63,634 bases of DNA, filler included, from Octopus bimaculoides (GCF_001194135.2; 6 parts of 6 records of this genome joined end to end with filler, not necessarily neighbours in it), one strand, 5' to 3'; shown: positions 25,735 to 39,265, numbered from the whole stretch's first letter. Notes: a model not told the origin generated them from the sequence alone. Program-made: numbers and translations.

Positions 25735-26130
25735 TTTTTCTAATTTTGGCATAAGGCCAGCAATTTTGTTGGGAGGGGTAAAGTTGATGACATCAACCTC
25801 AGTACTTCACTGGTATTTTATCAACCCCGCCAAAAGGATGAAAGGCAAATCTGACCTTGACAGTTTGGAATTTAGAATGTAAAGAGCTGGGAGAAATGCT
25901 GCTAAGCATTTCATCCCCTTCAATGGTTTCAGATTTTGGCACAAGGCTAGCAATTTTAGGTGGATGCGGTTAGTCGAATCAATCAATCCCAGAGTTCAAC
26001 TGGTACTTATTTTATGGACCCCAAAAGGATGAAAGGCATAGTCAACCTCAGCACAGTTTGAACTCAGAATGTAAGCAGCTGGAAGAAATACTGCAAAACA
26101 TGTTCCAAAGTTCTGAATTCTCCCTTAAAA
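25735..26130 (-). mobile_element. Head-to-tail dimer of S3 SINE
   Basis: Two successive reverse copies of TTTTGGCACAAGG..ACTGGTACTT..AAAGGATGAAAGGCA. Confidence 0.7.
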
Positions 26131-27414
26131 CCTTTATTATTTAAACAGACCAGGTCACACCTCTCACACGTACCCTGCAATGTCATCCTAAAGATAAGCA
26201 ATCACATCATCACAATCTTTAAGCTATGAGATAATGCATGATTGGTTACATTTGACAGAGTAATCTGACTGCTGGAGAGTTTTAGTAAAAGTCTATTTTG
26301 AGCTAATCCTCCCTCCTCAACTCACCAATCTATATATGACAGAGTTCATATAAACTAATCTGGATAATAAATAAATTTTGGTATAATTATGTTCTTGGTG
26401 TAGTCAGGATCATAAAATGAAAAACAAAGTTATTCAGTGTGATAGTTTCAAGTTGAATGGTTGGAATGGTAGACTGAGGAATTAAATGTGTGAGAGTATA
26501 CAGCTTTATCCAAGTATCTTTTGAGTTCAAATCCTGCTAGATAGGATTTATCAATAATCTGAGGTTGATGTAAAAAAAAAAAATTTTTTTTTTAAATGTT
26601 TAGTGCATCAACTGGAGTAATTCACTAAATTATTCGTTCCTCTTGAATCAATGTGAGATAACATTTCAGCCAGAAACTGAATTAGTAAAATCATGTTCAT
26701 TCGAATTCTCTCAGAAAGAAAGAAATTATTCGCATCTCTATGTACAATGCACAAAACAAAAAGGTGATATGAAAATCTTTCATAGGTGTTAGTTTTATCC
26801 CAAATATATTCCCAGTGAAAAATCTTGGCACTCAGTTTATTGACCATTGAGAAATGAAGGACTATGTTGAATAAGGAGACATTTAAACAAATAATAATAA
26901 ATTAGGAAACAGTAAACGATTCCGGTACACTGGTAAGAATAGATTAAAAACAAATTCTAAATTCATAGTAACACACAAAAAAGTAAAAGGCTCGTAATGT
27001 ATTAATTTTGGCCATTTAAGACACTAGCCTCGAGGTTTCTCCAACCCAGTGTACATGCTAAATGTCTAAATTTCTTTCACCTACTTCAAAACTACAATAT
27101 TACAGCTTTGGTCTCCCGTCTCCATGTTTGTTGATATAGACTGGTGAACATTGAAGCAGGAACATTCTTGAACAGTTCCCAAATTACATAATAATAGATG
27201 GATCCAAACAAAAGTGGTTGCAATCAGTCTAGATTTAGTGTTCCATTTGATTTTAAACAATACAACTGTCAAAAGGCTTATAAACAAAGATAACGATACC
27301 CAGGGATGGGATGAAAAAAATCATTATTAGTTTGACGAGTGTGCAACTATATATATATTTATTAAAATCTGATATTACTGTTGCTACTAGAGTTTGAGTA
27401 ACATAAAACTAAGT

Positions 27415-27620
27415 AGCAACAAAGTCTGGGTACATGGGGATTAACATATACTTTAAGAAATTATTTCTTATATTCAATTGGTTATGTTATGATTATATTT
27501 ACTCCATGTACCCACATGGGGATTAATACATACTTTAAGAAATTATTATTTCTTATATTTAATTGTTTATGTTATGATTTTATTTACTCCAGGTACCCAG
27601 ACTTTGTGGACACCCTGTAT
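27415..27620. mobile_element. Small mariner-type MITE with internal ~85-bp duplication
   Basis: Inverted ends CAAAGTCTGGGTAC / GTACCCAGACTTTG. The right end reads TA-CAGGGTGTCC on the reverse strand. The internal unit ACATGGGGATTAA..TTACTCCATGTACCC occurs twice. Confidence 0.5.
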
Positions 27621-28086
27621 AATCTATGTGCATCGCGTACACATTTCTCGTGTTTATAAACACACACAAATATACGTGTATATATATATACATATATANN
27701 NNNNNNNNNNNNNNNNNNNNNNNNNNNNNNNNNNNNNNNNNNNNNNNNNNNNNNNNNNNNNNNNNNNNNNNNNNNNNNNNNNNNNNNNNNNNNNNNNNNN
27801 NNNNNNNNNNNNNNNNNNNNNNNNNNNNNNNNNNNNNNNNNNNNNNNNNNNNNNNNNNNNNNNNNNNNNNNNNNNNNNNNNNNNNNNNNNNNNNNNNNNN
27901 NNNNNNNNNNNNNNNNNNNNNNNNNNNNNNNNNNNNNNNNNNNNNNNNNNNNNNNNNNNNNNNNNNNNNNNNNNNNNNNNNNNNNNNNNNNNNNNNNNNN
28001 NNNNNNNNNNNNNNNNNNNNNNNNNNNNNNNNNNNNNNNNNNNNNNNNNNNNNNNNNNNNNNNNNNNNNNNNNNNNNNNNNNNNNN

Positions 28087-30225
28087 AATCCGGAAAGAAA
28101 GCAGGGGAAAACTCTGCGAGTGCGTTGCAAACGAAGTTAACTTCATTGGAGCGCATGCTCTGAATTCTCGCGCGCATTTTTTTGCAGTTGATAAACAGTG
28201 GATACAAGGGACATTACTCTCATCGACTAATTTGATGGCTAATGAAATTTTATCTTATTTCTTTCAGTCGCTCAGTTCTAATGTAGACACACAGCTGCAT
28301 ACACGTAGAAAGCGGCGGGGACCGTCGATTAAATCGACTCCAGCTCTTTCCTTTTTTTTTTTATCATTGTATCGATCCCGGCAGGTCTGAAATCAGAATG
28401 TAAAGTACTGTCACTAAATAAAGCAAATCATTTTGTCCTATGCTCTTCTAATTAATTGTCATACCACTTGAAACCAGTTACATAGATAGAAGTGAATACG
28501 ATTACAGAATGTATTATCAAGGTTCCTTTATCACCTGAAATTAAGGATTCATTGAAATGACGAAGTGTGCAATACTTGAATATGAATTCCAAATTTCTGT
28601 TCAGATTGAGGACTACCCAGAAATCGTAAGCCAACCCCGATTATTCGGGTCCTTTGTATTAAAAAAAAAAAAACAACAACCTTTCAGCCACGACGACTTC
28701 TTTTCTTAAAGACTTCTCTGGGTAGTGTTTTCTTCGCTTTTTTTATTTTATTTTAAGACAATAGGGTGAGATATGATTTCTTTTCTAGCAGCCCCCTCGT
28801 TGGCTCATTACTAAGAATTAAACAGAGGAAGCAATTACTATGTATATTTCACTTTCCTGAAAGAAAAAAAAAGGGTGGTTCGTGAAAAAAGGCGTTCTGA
28901 CAGGGTTCATCGGATAAGATATCAGAGAAGTTTTAAACAAATTGTAAATATAAGGTAAAACGTTAATAATTTATAAGAAGTTTGGTTTTGATTAAAGTTA
29001 TATTTTGTAAACAATGACGAAATATTTCTGCTATTGTTAGATTGTTAAGTGAAATAGAATACAGCTGGTGCTAGTATAGTATGCGGTCTACGACGCATAC
29101 TATATTCAGAGATTAAAAAAACTCCAAATATTTCAGAGATAAAACACTTCGTACATTATAAAGGAATTACACAAATAAGAAAAACCGAATCTTATATTAT
29201 TTTATATGATAAAGAAATTACACAGATAAATCAAGACAATTCATTTTAACAGTAAACGTCTTATGTCATAGATCCACACACCTCGCGGCACATATTGTAC
29301 CAGTCAGGTATTGCATTTGTAGATTTTCCTATCAGAGTCACTGCTGTGGTCATGGATATATCCATGACAAAGAAAAATATTAGTTCTAAAATCTTACTCA
29401 GGCTCAGCTTGCAGTTTGATTTGTTAATGTCCATATAATGGGAAAATTGGTTTCCGTTACAAACTGAACGTGAAGTTTGACACCCTTTTCGAAGACAACG
29501 AAGTACAGGCCTGGATTGTTCACCTCTGTCACGCTTTCGTTTTTCCTGCATGACAGCACCGCATCGATGGCAGGGATCTACTTCTTGTGTATCCAACAGA
29601 TTGTAATATTTTAAAAATGTGACTGCTGTTTCTTCTGTCAAGATGATACATGTATAAAAATCTTTCAGCAACATTTCAATGTAAGGTAAACTGCAAGTGG
29701 AAAGGTGAGGTGATAGCGAGTAGTTTTTAAGGTAGATAATTCTGGCTATACTGTTTGACAACGTGGTAGACCGCATAATATACTAGAACCAAATTCGGTA
29801 AACAGAAGTGAAAGAGCATTAAATTAAAATTGCCATCTGTATGTCATACTAAATGCATACAGATCGCTAGAAGGCATAATACTGTGATAAAATCTTTTAA
29901 TAGACTCGTATTAAAAATACGATTTATATCGAAGCGAGACGAACATCGTCACAGCAGTGGTTCACGAAAACAAGACATGTTTCGCCTTTGTCGAGGCTTG
30001 TCAATGGCTTGCAGTCGATTGTCGCCAGCTTAAACGGAATTCATCTGGAGGAGTTGCGGAGACTAAAAAGAAATTATAAAAGCAGCATGAGGGAAGGCCG
30101 CCGATATGTTTCACATGTGGAGAGAGAGGCCACATGAAGGCGTGGTGCGCCCAAAGAGAACAACAAGCAGAACAGGTGGAGAGTGTGGACCAGGTCATGG
30201 TGACAGAAAAAGAAACAGAGAATGG
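28087..30225. promoter_or_regulatory. CpG-retaining (island-like) region, possible promoter
   Basis: Frequent CG dinucleotides, in contrast to the CpG-depleted 1-27 kb. Lies 5.6 kb upstream of the Cks1 ATG. No transcription evidence. Confidence 0.35.
29067..29790 (-). mobile_element. Internally deleted Merlin (IS1595/ISXO2-like) DNA transposon
   Basis: 29-bp TIRs GGTGCTAGTATAGTATGCGGTCTACGACG / rc GGTTCTAGTATATTATGCGGTCTACCACG (26/29). ORF 29261-29776 has a CHRC..RCLRKGC zinc ribbon and the LSLSKILELIF..DWYNMCREVC N-terminal signature. The catalytic domain is absent and no TSD was seen. Confidence 0.75.
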
Positions 30226-30325
30226 NNNNNNNNNNNNNNNNNNNNNNNNNNNNNNNNNNNNNNNNNNNNTTAATTAATTAANNNNNNNNNNNNNNNNNNN
30301 NNNNNNNNNNNNNNNNNNNNNNNNN
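30226..30325. other. Artificial scaffold join (44 N + TTAATTAATTAA + 44 N); same at 46975-47074, 50535-50634, 57037-57136, 62395-62494
   Basis: Identical 100-nt structure five times. The 12-mer carries stops in all six frames. Confidence 0.92.
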
Positions 30326-33300
30326 ATTTGTTTCTTTAAACAGTTTTGAGAATAATTGTATACTAAACTCAATTTAAGGAAATAAGTATTTTTAGGGGAA
30401 ACAATTGTACCAAAAAAAAAAGCAGATTTTTCTCTCCTTTAAAGCTCTATATCTGTAAAATTAACGATAAAAAAAGTTATTTGTAATTAAATCACTCGTA
30501 TTTTTCTGATATTTATTTAATTTTTGCAACATTTAGATGTTCTATCTTTCTACCCCATAAAACACAGACTTGTTGTTTGCCTAGATAAAGAAGTGTTTTT
30601 TTTTTTTTCTTAAAGTGTTAATCCGTTTGATTAATGAATTTGTGTTTGCAGAGAGTCTTTGCTCGTTTACTATGAATCCCTGATCACATACTAAAGGTGG
30701 AGGGAGAAAAAGAAAAATAACTTCTTAGCTTTTTTAATTTCCCATGAAAAGAAAGTTTCCAGACATTTCCAACGTCTTTTTCATTATGTTTACAGCATTC
30801 TCTCAATTTACGATGCATATCTGGGAAATTGCTTCCACTTGTGTTTAAGCTGAAACATAACATCACTGGATTACATTTCAACCAGATATAGTTTTACATT
30901 CTGGGGTGGGGGAACGAGGAGAGAGAAAGAAAAAAAAATGGTAAAAAAAAAAGAAACACATTGCCAGTTTTCTTTCTGCTCTTTTCTTGTTGTTTTATTA
31001 TTTTCTTTCTGAAATGAAAATTCTTACATAATTTGTATTAATTACTAAAAACAAAAGGTATTGGGGTGCATTTAATTATTCAGCATTTTCTAGCAGTGAG
31101 CATGAGTGTTTTTGTTTTTGTTTTGTCTTGTATTGGTTTTCATGAGGTCTTAAATATGAGAAGTAACAGTTAGTTACCTGATAACTTTCTTTTGTAAAAC
31201 TGTTTCTAAACTTAGAGAAAAAAAAAGCAGATTNNNNNNNNNNNNNNNNNNNNNNNNNNNNNNNNNNNNNNNNNNNNNNNNNNNNNNNNNNNNNNNNNNN
31301 NNNNNNNNNNNNNNNNNNNNNNNNNNNNNNNNNNNNNNNNNNNNNNNNNNNNNNNNNNNNNNNNNNNNNNNNNNNNNNNNNNNNNNNNNNNNNNNNNNNN
31401 NNNNNNNNNNNNNNNNNNNNNNNNNNNNNNNNNNNNNNNNNNNNNNNNNNNNNNNNNNNNNNNNNNNNNNNNNNNNNNNNNNNNNNNNNNNNNNNNNNNN
31501 NNNNNNNNNNNNNNNNNNNNNNNNNNNNNNNNNNNNNNNNNNNNNNNNNNNNNNNNNNNNNNNNNNNNNNNNNNNNNNNNNNNNNNNNNNNNNNNNNNNN
31601 NNNNNNNNNNNNNNNNNNNNNNNNNNNNNNNNNNNNNNNNNNNNNNNNNNNNNNNNNNNNNNNNNNNNNNNNNNNNNNNNNNNNNNNNNNNNNNNNNNNN
31701 NNNNNNNNNNNNNNNNNNNNNNNNNNNNNNNNNNNNNNNNNNNNNNNNNNNNNNNNNNNNNNNNNNNNNNNNNNNNNNNNNNNNNNNNNNNNNNNNNNNN
31801 NNNNNNNNNNNNNNNNNNNNNNNNNNNNNNNNNNNNNNNNNNNNNNNNNNNNNNNNNNNNNNNNNNNNNNNNNNNNNNNNNNNNNNNNNNNNNNNNNNNN
31901 NNNNNNNNNNNNNNNNNNNNNNNNNNNNNNNNTTTTTTTTTTTTTTTTTTTTCCCCATTTCCAAACTGATTTTTTATTTTATTTGTTTTTGCTTTTGGTT
32001 TTAATAAAGGAAGAATTTGAATGAAAATTCTATCTATATTTCTGTATACAACTTGCTATTTTAATGATTTTTATCCACCCCATTCCACTGCTTAATTCAG
32101 TAAGATATATTTTTTTCATAATTTGTCAGAATTTTTTTTTTAATGGCTGAGGTAGGATTTATAGAATTTACATTGTAATAATTAGCAAAGACCTTGACCT
32201 TCATATTGCACAAGGGTGCTGCTAATAATAGCAGTAAATAAAATGATAATCCTTTTAGTTTTTTTTTAAGGGTTTTTTTTTTTTTTCTTTTTTTTTACCT
32301 GTGAAATTATTGAGTCAGGTGTATATTTGCTTTCTATGTATCCTCTCATGCTGCTGGTACTTATTTAGTCATCACCACCCGGCTAAAAGTTAAAAAAAGC
32401 AAATACATACAAGATTTTAAACTCAGAATCTAAAGAAACAAAACTACAAAATGCTGTCAAACGTTTATCGCAGTTGTTTGTGAAATTGAAAATCTCTGAA
32501 CTTCAGTATTTTACAACCATTTATCCTGGGTATTAGATTGGTGGAGGTGGGGGTTATATTCTGTCCCCTAATTGTCATAAAAGGTGACTAAAGGACTATC
32601 AGGAATGGCACCCTGTTATAAAACACTGCCTCAGAAAGTCTTGTCTAATTCAATGCTGGCTCAGAAATGGATGTAAAAATAACAATAGTGATGCTTTATT
32701 TGTGTGTGTGTAGGTGGGGACGTGCACATATGTGTGTGTGTGTGGGGGGGGACGTGCGCATATGTGTGTGTGTGTGTTTGGTTTAATGAGGAGGACAGAC
32801 TGATCATTGTCTTTGAAAGTTATCTGATGATAGTGCGATTGATATGACTAAGTTGCTTGAACATCTATAAGTCAATATATGGATGGGCAGGAAATTCTAA
32901 AAATGTTGATATTTTAGAGAAAGCTTGGGCAAAAGTGTTTAGAGCAGGGTTTGAAGGGTTAGAGTTGTTGTTATTGTTTCACCCCAGGTCAGCTCTGATC
33001 AAGCAAACCCATGGTCAGAAATATTGCAGACATTACCATTCTCCCAATGTGTCCCATTTGGAAGACAAGTCTTCAGTGATTTTGAGGCAGACATGTTGGC
33101 TGCTGTTTTTAGCAGGTTGAGCAGTGGTGGTTTGTGTATAGGCACTGTGGAACTGCAGCCCCACCACTTTCCACTCAATATTATCGATAACATTCAATAT
33201 AATGAGTCCTTTTTTCTTTAATTCTTTCTTTATACTTGTACATTATATAATCTTTAAGCTTAACATCAGTAGCCATCCCCTAGTTTATGAAAAAAATACA

Positions 33301-35002
33301 AAAATCCTTGTATGGAACTGTGCGCTTCACAGTTCCAGTGTTGCGGTGTTTGGCTGTTGTGCACATGCTCACATGTCCAAGATAGGAAGCTGCAGGCTAG
33401 GGAGAGAGAGCACTGTCATTCACGCAGTGCCAACTGGTGTGCAAGTGAAAGGTAGTGTTTCTTTTTGATTCCACGTATGTTGTGCTTAAAAACGTGTTTA
33501 TATTCTTGAATGTGATAAAGTGTAGAATTAGATTATTATCCTGCTTCCAGCTACAGTGTTGCTGCCAGGATTTGAAAAATAGGGCAGATTTTTCCACCCT
33601 TATTTTGTGATTCAGGGAGGATTTTTGAAAAACAAGGGTGAGTTCATGGCGGTATTCAGTGAACAAATTAAACACACTACTCGGCAGTAGCTAAAATGTG
33701 AACCAATCAAGTTTATGTATAAATTTTCTTTTTATATGTTTGTTTCCTTTTAAAACAATGGCTAAAAATTTTCTGAAGCAGCACCCCAAATAATTTTATC
33801 TACAAGCTGCCACTAAGGTTGAGTAACCATATAGAGGCTATTTTATTGGCTGAGACAAGATTAGATGGACACAGTAGGTGTGATGAGAGAAAAGCAGTTT
33901 GGGTGAAGTTGAAATGTGGGTGGCTGGTTCAGAAGAGCAGAGATGGTTGTAAATGTGATGAAATAGAGTAAAGAGACAGTATATCAGTGTCATGTGAACT
34001 GATGTGCAAATGTCTGTCACCCTTGGATGTAGGTTAAGATGTTTATCTATGTAGCAGTTGTATCATTCATGATGTTGAACTAGTATGTATCATGGCTCCT
34101 ACATGAGATTTATAGAGTCAGTAGCTTCTTGGGATATATTTTTTATTTTTGTTATACAAGTCAGATTCCTATGAACGGTCAGAAATTGTGTAGCCTAGCA
34201 TTTAAAGTGACTGTAAAGTGTTTAACTCTTTGTTGTTCTAGACCACAGAAGATAAGGTTTAAGATTATTTCTTCAACATATTTAGTGAATATGTTTTTGC
34301 ACTTACATGCATAAACACACACACACTTACACTAACACTTGACTGTAATTTAGTTTTTGTTTTGCAAGTTGGTGTAACATGTGACAATAATTGCTGTAGT
34401 GTGTCCGTTTCCACAAAATTACCAGGAATTATCTTCACTTTAGTATTTCATTTGATTTGCCTTTCACAAATGTTTAAGTCAAGGAGAAAATGAGTTAAAT
34501 TTTTTAAACCAAATCTTAAGGGGTTTATATCTGTGTCTTGAAGGTTGGTAGAAATACTTTTAGCTAAGAAAGTTAATGGATCATTTTTGTTCTTGAAAAG
34601 GGGGAGGGGTTACAACATTTTTGGTTTGCTTTATAAGGAAGACAGGATAAAGTTCTTTGTGGTCAGTGCTCAGGATAAACACAGTAATGTAGTGACTAAG
34701 AACATGGATAATTCAAGAAGAGAATTGCATAGGAAGAAAAACTTACAGCAACAACCACACCAACAGTGGAGTCTCAGTGCAGTCATTCAACCTGTTAGAA
34801 GAAACAGCTAAAACCTATGTCAGATCACACATCCTATTAACTTAAAAATGGACACATCATATAACATACTTCTAGATACACCATATCTGAAAAAATATGA
34901 TGAGATTGTCATAGCTTGGACAACTTTGATCATAAGACTGTTGGATCACATTTGAGCTAGGGCTAAACTATAACAAAACAATATTGTAAAAAGGATACTC
35001 TC

Positions 35003-35300
35003 ATCATCATCATCATCTTCATCGTTTAACGTCCGCTTTCCATGCTAGCATGGGTTGGATGATTTGACTGAGGACTGGTGAAACCAGATGGCTACACCAG
35101 GCTCCAATCTGATCTGGCAGGGTTTCTACAGCTGGATGCCCTTCCTAACACCAACCACTCCGAGAGTGTAGTGGATGCTTTTACGTGCCACCGGCACGAA
35201 GGCCAGTCAGGTGGTACTGGCAACAGCCACGCTCAAAATGGTGTATTTTACGTGCCACCTGCACAGGGGCCAGTCCAGCAGTACTGGCAATGAACTCGCA
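35003..35300 (-). mobile_element. RTE LINE 3' end
   Basis: (ATC)n-GTTTAACGTCCGCTTTCCATGCTAGCATGGGTTGG: reverse of the family 3' end. Confidence 0.85.
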
Positions 35301-35815
35301 AAAAGGGATAGACTGGTTATAGTTGGAACATATTTGATCATAGGCCTCATAGATGATGGCTGACCTAGAAATAAACAACAATCATCCACATTTCACCACA
35401 AACTTGGCAAAACTGTTAAGTTTCTAAATTTGAAGTTCCACTGTTGAAGATTTTCTGTGATTGATTGAAAATTAAGATTATTCATTGTGGGGTAAAGCAT
35501 TGCATCAATTTGTGTTGTTTTCTTTCTAAAACTAGGGTTCAACTTATTAATTGTAGAATCACAATGACCCAGTGAGGCGTGTTATTAAACTAAAACCGAA
35601 AGATGTTGACTTCAAATCCACTGTAGTAATTATATTTTGTATTTAGAGCAGTAGTGTACCTAATAATTCTACCTTGCTTTTGTTGGTTTAGCTGTCATCA
35701 GTAGATTATGATTTCATCTCAGAAAGATGCCTTTCATCTTTCCAATTTGAGTAGATACAGGAGGAGGTTTCATCACCTCCAACATTCTCTGACATTTGTG
35801 GCCTTATATCAATGA

Positions 35816-36031
<216 letters not shown>

Positions 36032-36790
36032 TAAAGATGGTATTTAACTATCGGTTATACATTTTCAGATCTGGAAGAGTGTGTATGAATATAGTCTGGC
36101 TAAATATCAGAGACAGCAGAGAGATATTTCCAGCTGGATCTGGTTGGAGAGGAACAAAAACAACCTTCCATACCGTTTGAAAGCAATATTTTTGTTTTAA
36201 CGCTAAGGGAAGTAACTCTGAGTGAGTCATGGTGATAGCAGTGACATTCTACTGGTTACCATGACATCCGACATTATTTCTTCTTTAAGTTTGAAAACTG
36301 AGTTAATGGAAAGGAGTTACAACTAGATGAAATCTCCAGGTGGTTTAAATACACAAGTCTCCAATGTCCAAGTGGCTAAATAGTGTCAGCAAAAGGGCAC
36401 CCATGAGTCATGGCCTGGTCATGGCATGGCCTGGTCATGGCATGGCCTCCTTTGAATCTAAGAAGTTAAGGGTGAAAACACTTGCCTGAGGAAGGTTTCT
36501 TCTCTGAAGACCCATTGTTCTGTTCTCTTGAGATTTCTTACCATTGTATATACTTATATGTATATGTATGTGTATGCTTACTAATTTGTAATGTTTAGTT
36601 ACAGTCTCAGTTTAATGCTGCCACCACCAGCTATGCTAATATTTGCCTTCCATGAAACTTAACTGTATAGAACAAATAGAATCTTTCCAGTTAAACCAAA
36701 TTTTTTTAAGCCCTTTTATTGCCATATTTCTGTTTGAATACACTGTTTTTGTTTCAATTAATTTTGAAAATATTGAAGAATCTTAGCAAA

Positions 36791-37318
36791 ATAATTTTGC
36801 CATTATTAATCTGGTGTTTGAAACAGAAATTAACATACAGAATTCTGATGGAAGGTTTCAATCTAGATAATTTAAAACAAGGAATTTATATTGTAGAACC
36901 AGGGTTGGTTTCAGGCAGGTTTGTTTCAAAAGGTTTAAGNNNNNNNNNNNNNNNNNNNNNNNNNNNNNNNNNNNNNNNNNNNNNNNNNNNNNNNNNNNNN
37001 NNNNNNNNNNNNNNNNNNNNNNNNNNNNNNNNNNNNNNNNNNNNNNNNNNNNNNNNNNNNNNNAACATACAGAATTCTGATGGAAGGTTTCAATCTAGAT
37101 AATTTAAAACAAGGAATTTATATTGTAGAACCAGGGTTGGTTTCAGGCAGGTTTGTTTCAAAAGGTTTAAATAATTTTGCCATTATTAATCTGGTGTTTG
37201 AAACAGAAATTAACATACAGAATTCTGATGGAAGGTTTCAATCTAGATAATTTAAAACAAGGAATTTATATTGTAGAACCAGGGTTGGTTTCAGGCAGGT
37301 TTGTTTCAAAAGGTTTAA
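36791..37318 (+). repeat. ~148-bp tandem repeat (at least 2 units in contig, third across a gap)
   Basis: ATAATTTTGCCATTATTAATCTGG...CAAAAGGTTTAA at 36791-36938, 37064-37170 (partial) and 37171-37318. Confidence 0.8.
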
Positions 37319-37377
37319 GAGGATTTCTTCTGTTTCACTAAATCTATTTCTTGAACGAGTTACTTTCTTCTTTACAG

Positions 37378-37518
37378 CCTATTGGAGCACTAAATCCAGC
37401 AAGAAAGAAATTCTTTGATGAACGTTATGCTACATGGGAGCATGAACAAATCCCACCATTCCATTATGGAACTCACTATTCAACTGCCGCCTTTACTCTC
37501 AATTGGCTTATAAGATTG
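37378..37518 (+). CDS. NBEA: Neurobeachin/LRBA-like BEACH domain exon (141 bp)
   Basis: TTTACAG| [47 protein letters not shown] |GTAAGT, with the BEACH YGTHYS motif. Confidence 0.96.
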
Positions 37519-37681
37519 GTAAGTTTCATTCCCCATCTTTTTTTTTTTTTGCATAGCTTTTATTTATTTTGTCTCTTTTTTATAAGAACCTATAATTCAT
37601 TTTAGAGTTTCATCACAGTCAGACAGAGGTGGGGTGGTGGAAAACTATAGAAAAAGTTGAATTGGTATTATTTAAAGCAGT

Positions 37682-38090
37682 CATCATCATTGTCATCATT
37701 TAGCATCTGCTTTCCATGCTGGCATGGATTAGTCAGTTTGACTAAGGCTGGTAAACTGGAGAGCTGCTGCAAATTCTAACCTGATTTGGCAAAGTTTCTA
37801 CAGCTGGATGCCCTTCCTAACACCAACCACTCCAAGAGTGTAGTGGATGCTTCTTACGTGCTACCAGTGTGGGTACCAGTTATGTGACACCAGCATCAGC
37901 CACAACTGGATTTTCTCAAGCATGGCATATTGCCACTTATAATGCTGCCATGAGGCTCAGTGTTTGGAGGGTGATTTTTATGTGCCACTGGCATGGGTGC
38001 CAGTTACAAAACACCAGCATCAGCCACAACTATGATTTCGCCTGACTTGACAGGTCTTCTCAAGCATGGCATATTGCCAAAGGTCTCAGA
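37682..38090 (-). mobile_element. Intronic RTE 3'UTR fragment, CpG-decayed
   Basis: Reverse family 3' end with internal repeat units. Confidence 0.75.
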
Positions 38091-38389
38091 AATTTTTGAA
38101 TAAATATAATTTTATAATCTCATTCTTTTACTGGTTTCAATTGTTAAACTGTGGTCATACTGGACCACTTCTTTTTAGGTTTTTTTAAATTTATTTATAT
38201 CAATCTCATTAATTTTTGTGATACTTATGTTATTGGTCTTGTAAGAGACGAAAGGCAATTCTTGGTATAATGAGAAACGGCTTTAATGGAACCAAATACT
38301 CAGTGTATATTTTTCATTCTTTTCAATGCTTTGATTTATTGGTTGTCTCCTTGCTGATGATTATATGCACACATAAATATACACACATG

Positions 38390-38505
38390 AAGCAGACTCC
38401 TGTGGAGCTTGGCACAGACTTCTGGCTTGCCAGTTCCTGTTGAACTGTCCAACCTATGCCAGCATGGAAAACAAACATTAAATGGTGATGATTATGATGA
38501 TGATG
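38390..38505 (+). mobile_element. Short RTE 3' end
   Basis: CTGTCCAACCTATGCCAGCATGGAAAACAAACATTAAATGGTGATG. Confidence 0.6.
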
Positions 38506-38602
38506 TATAGATGTGTTTGTAAAGATAGACAGGGAGCCAAAAATAAATAGTTTGCTTTTTTTTTTTTTTAATTACTTTTGTTAATTTATTTTTATTTTGC
38601 AG

Positions 38603-38722
38603 GAACCATTCACAACTCTATTTTTGAATATGCAAGGTGGAAAATTTGACCATGCAAACAGGACATTTTTTTCTGTCAGTCAGGCTTGGAAAAACTGCCA
38701 GAGAGATACTTCTGATGTGAAG
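38603..38722 (+). CDS. NBEA: Neurobeachin/LRBA-like BEACH domain exon (120 bp)
   Basis: TTTTGCAG| [40 protein letters not shown] |GTAAAC. Confidence 0.96.
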
Positions 38723-38997
38723 GTAAACTTTGATAGTAATTGCATTGCTGTTTACATGGCTTTCTTGATGATTTTGATAAACATTTAGGAATTGAATCAT
38801 TGAGAAAGCTAATTTGCTAGAAATAATGACTAAATTTGTCTGAGATAAAACACGATCATCTTAAACAATGATAGATTAAATAAAGCAATTCTACGTACAC
38901 TATTTTTGAATACAAGATGGAGTGGACATTGTTTGCAAAGTATCTTCTCTTTGGTAGAAGGAAGCTGGAATATTTCAGGAAGTTATACTAATTAGAG

Positions 38998-39265
38998 CAA
39001 TGGTTCTCAACCATTTTTTACCTATAGACATCTTTGCTCTCTGTTTTATTTGGGAAGTGGTGGTGGCAGTGACGGTGATCAACGATGACGATGGCCCTTA
39101 TAGTCACTCAATCTCTGAAAGCATCTATTGCCCATTTATGATTAAATACTAGGTATTGTATAAAAAAATTGTTAAAATATTTTGTGTATTGTAGAAGTAT
39201 ATCCGATTTATTGTAAATAAATTTTAACAATGAAATCTTAAATGGATCCCTGTTGAGAACCACTG
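38998..39265. mobile_element. hAT (Charlie-like) MITE, 268 bp
   Basis: TIRs CAATGGTTCTCAAC / GTTGAGAACCACTG (13/14). Perfect 8-bp TSD AATTAGAG at 38990-38997 and 39266-39273. Confidence 0.9.

Noticed and set aside
32857-33221. ORFs upstream of the BEACH exons, considered as PH-domain exons
   Set aside because: No neurobeachin motif; they overlap a reverse copy of repeat family S5.
33551-33637. AG...GTGAGT-bounded exon-like segment
   Set aside because: Stops in all three frames.
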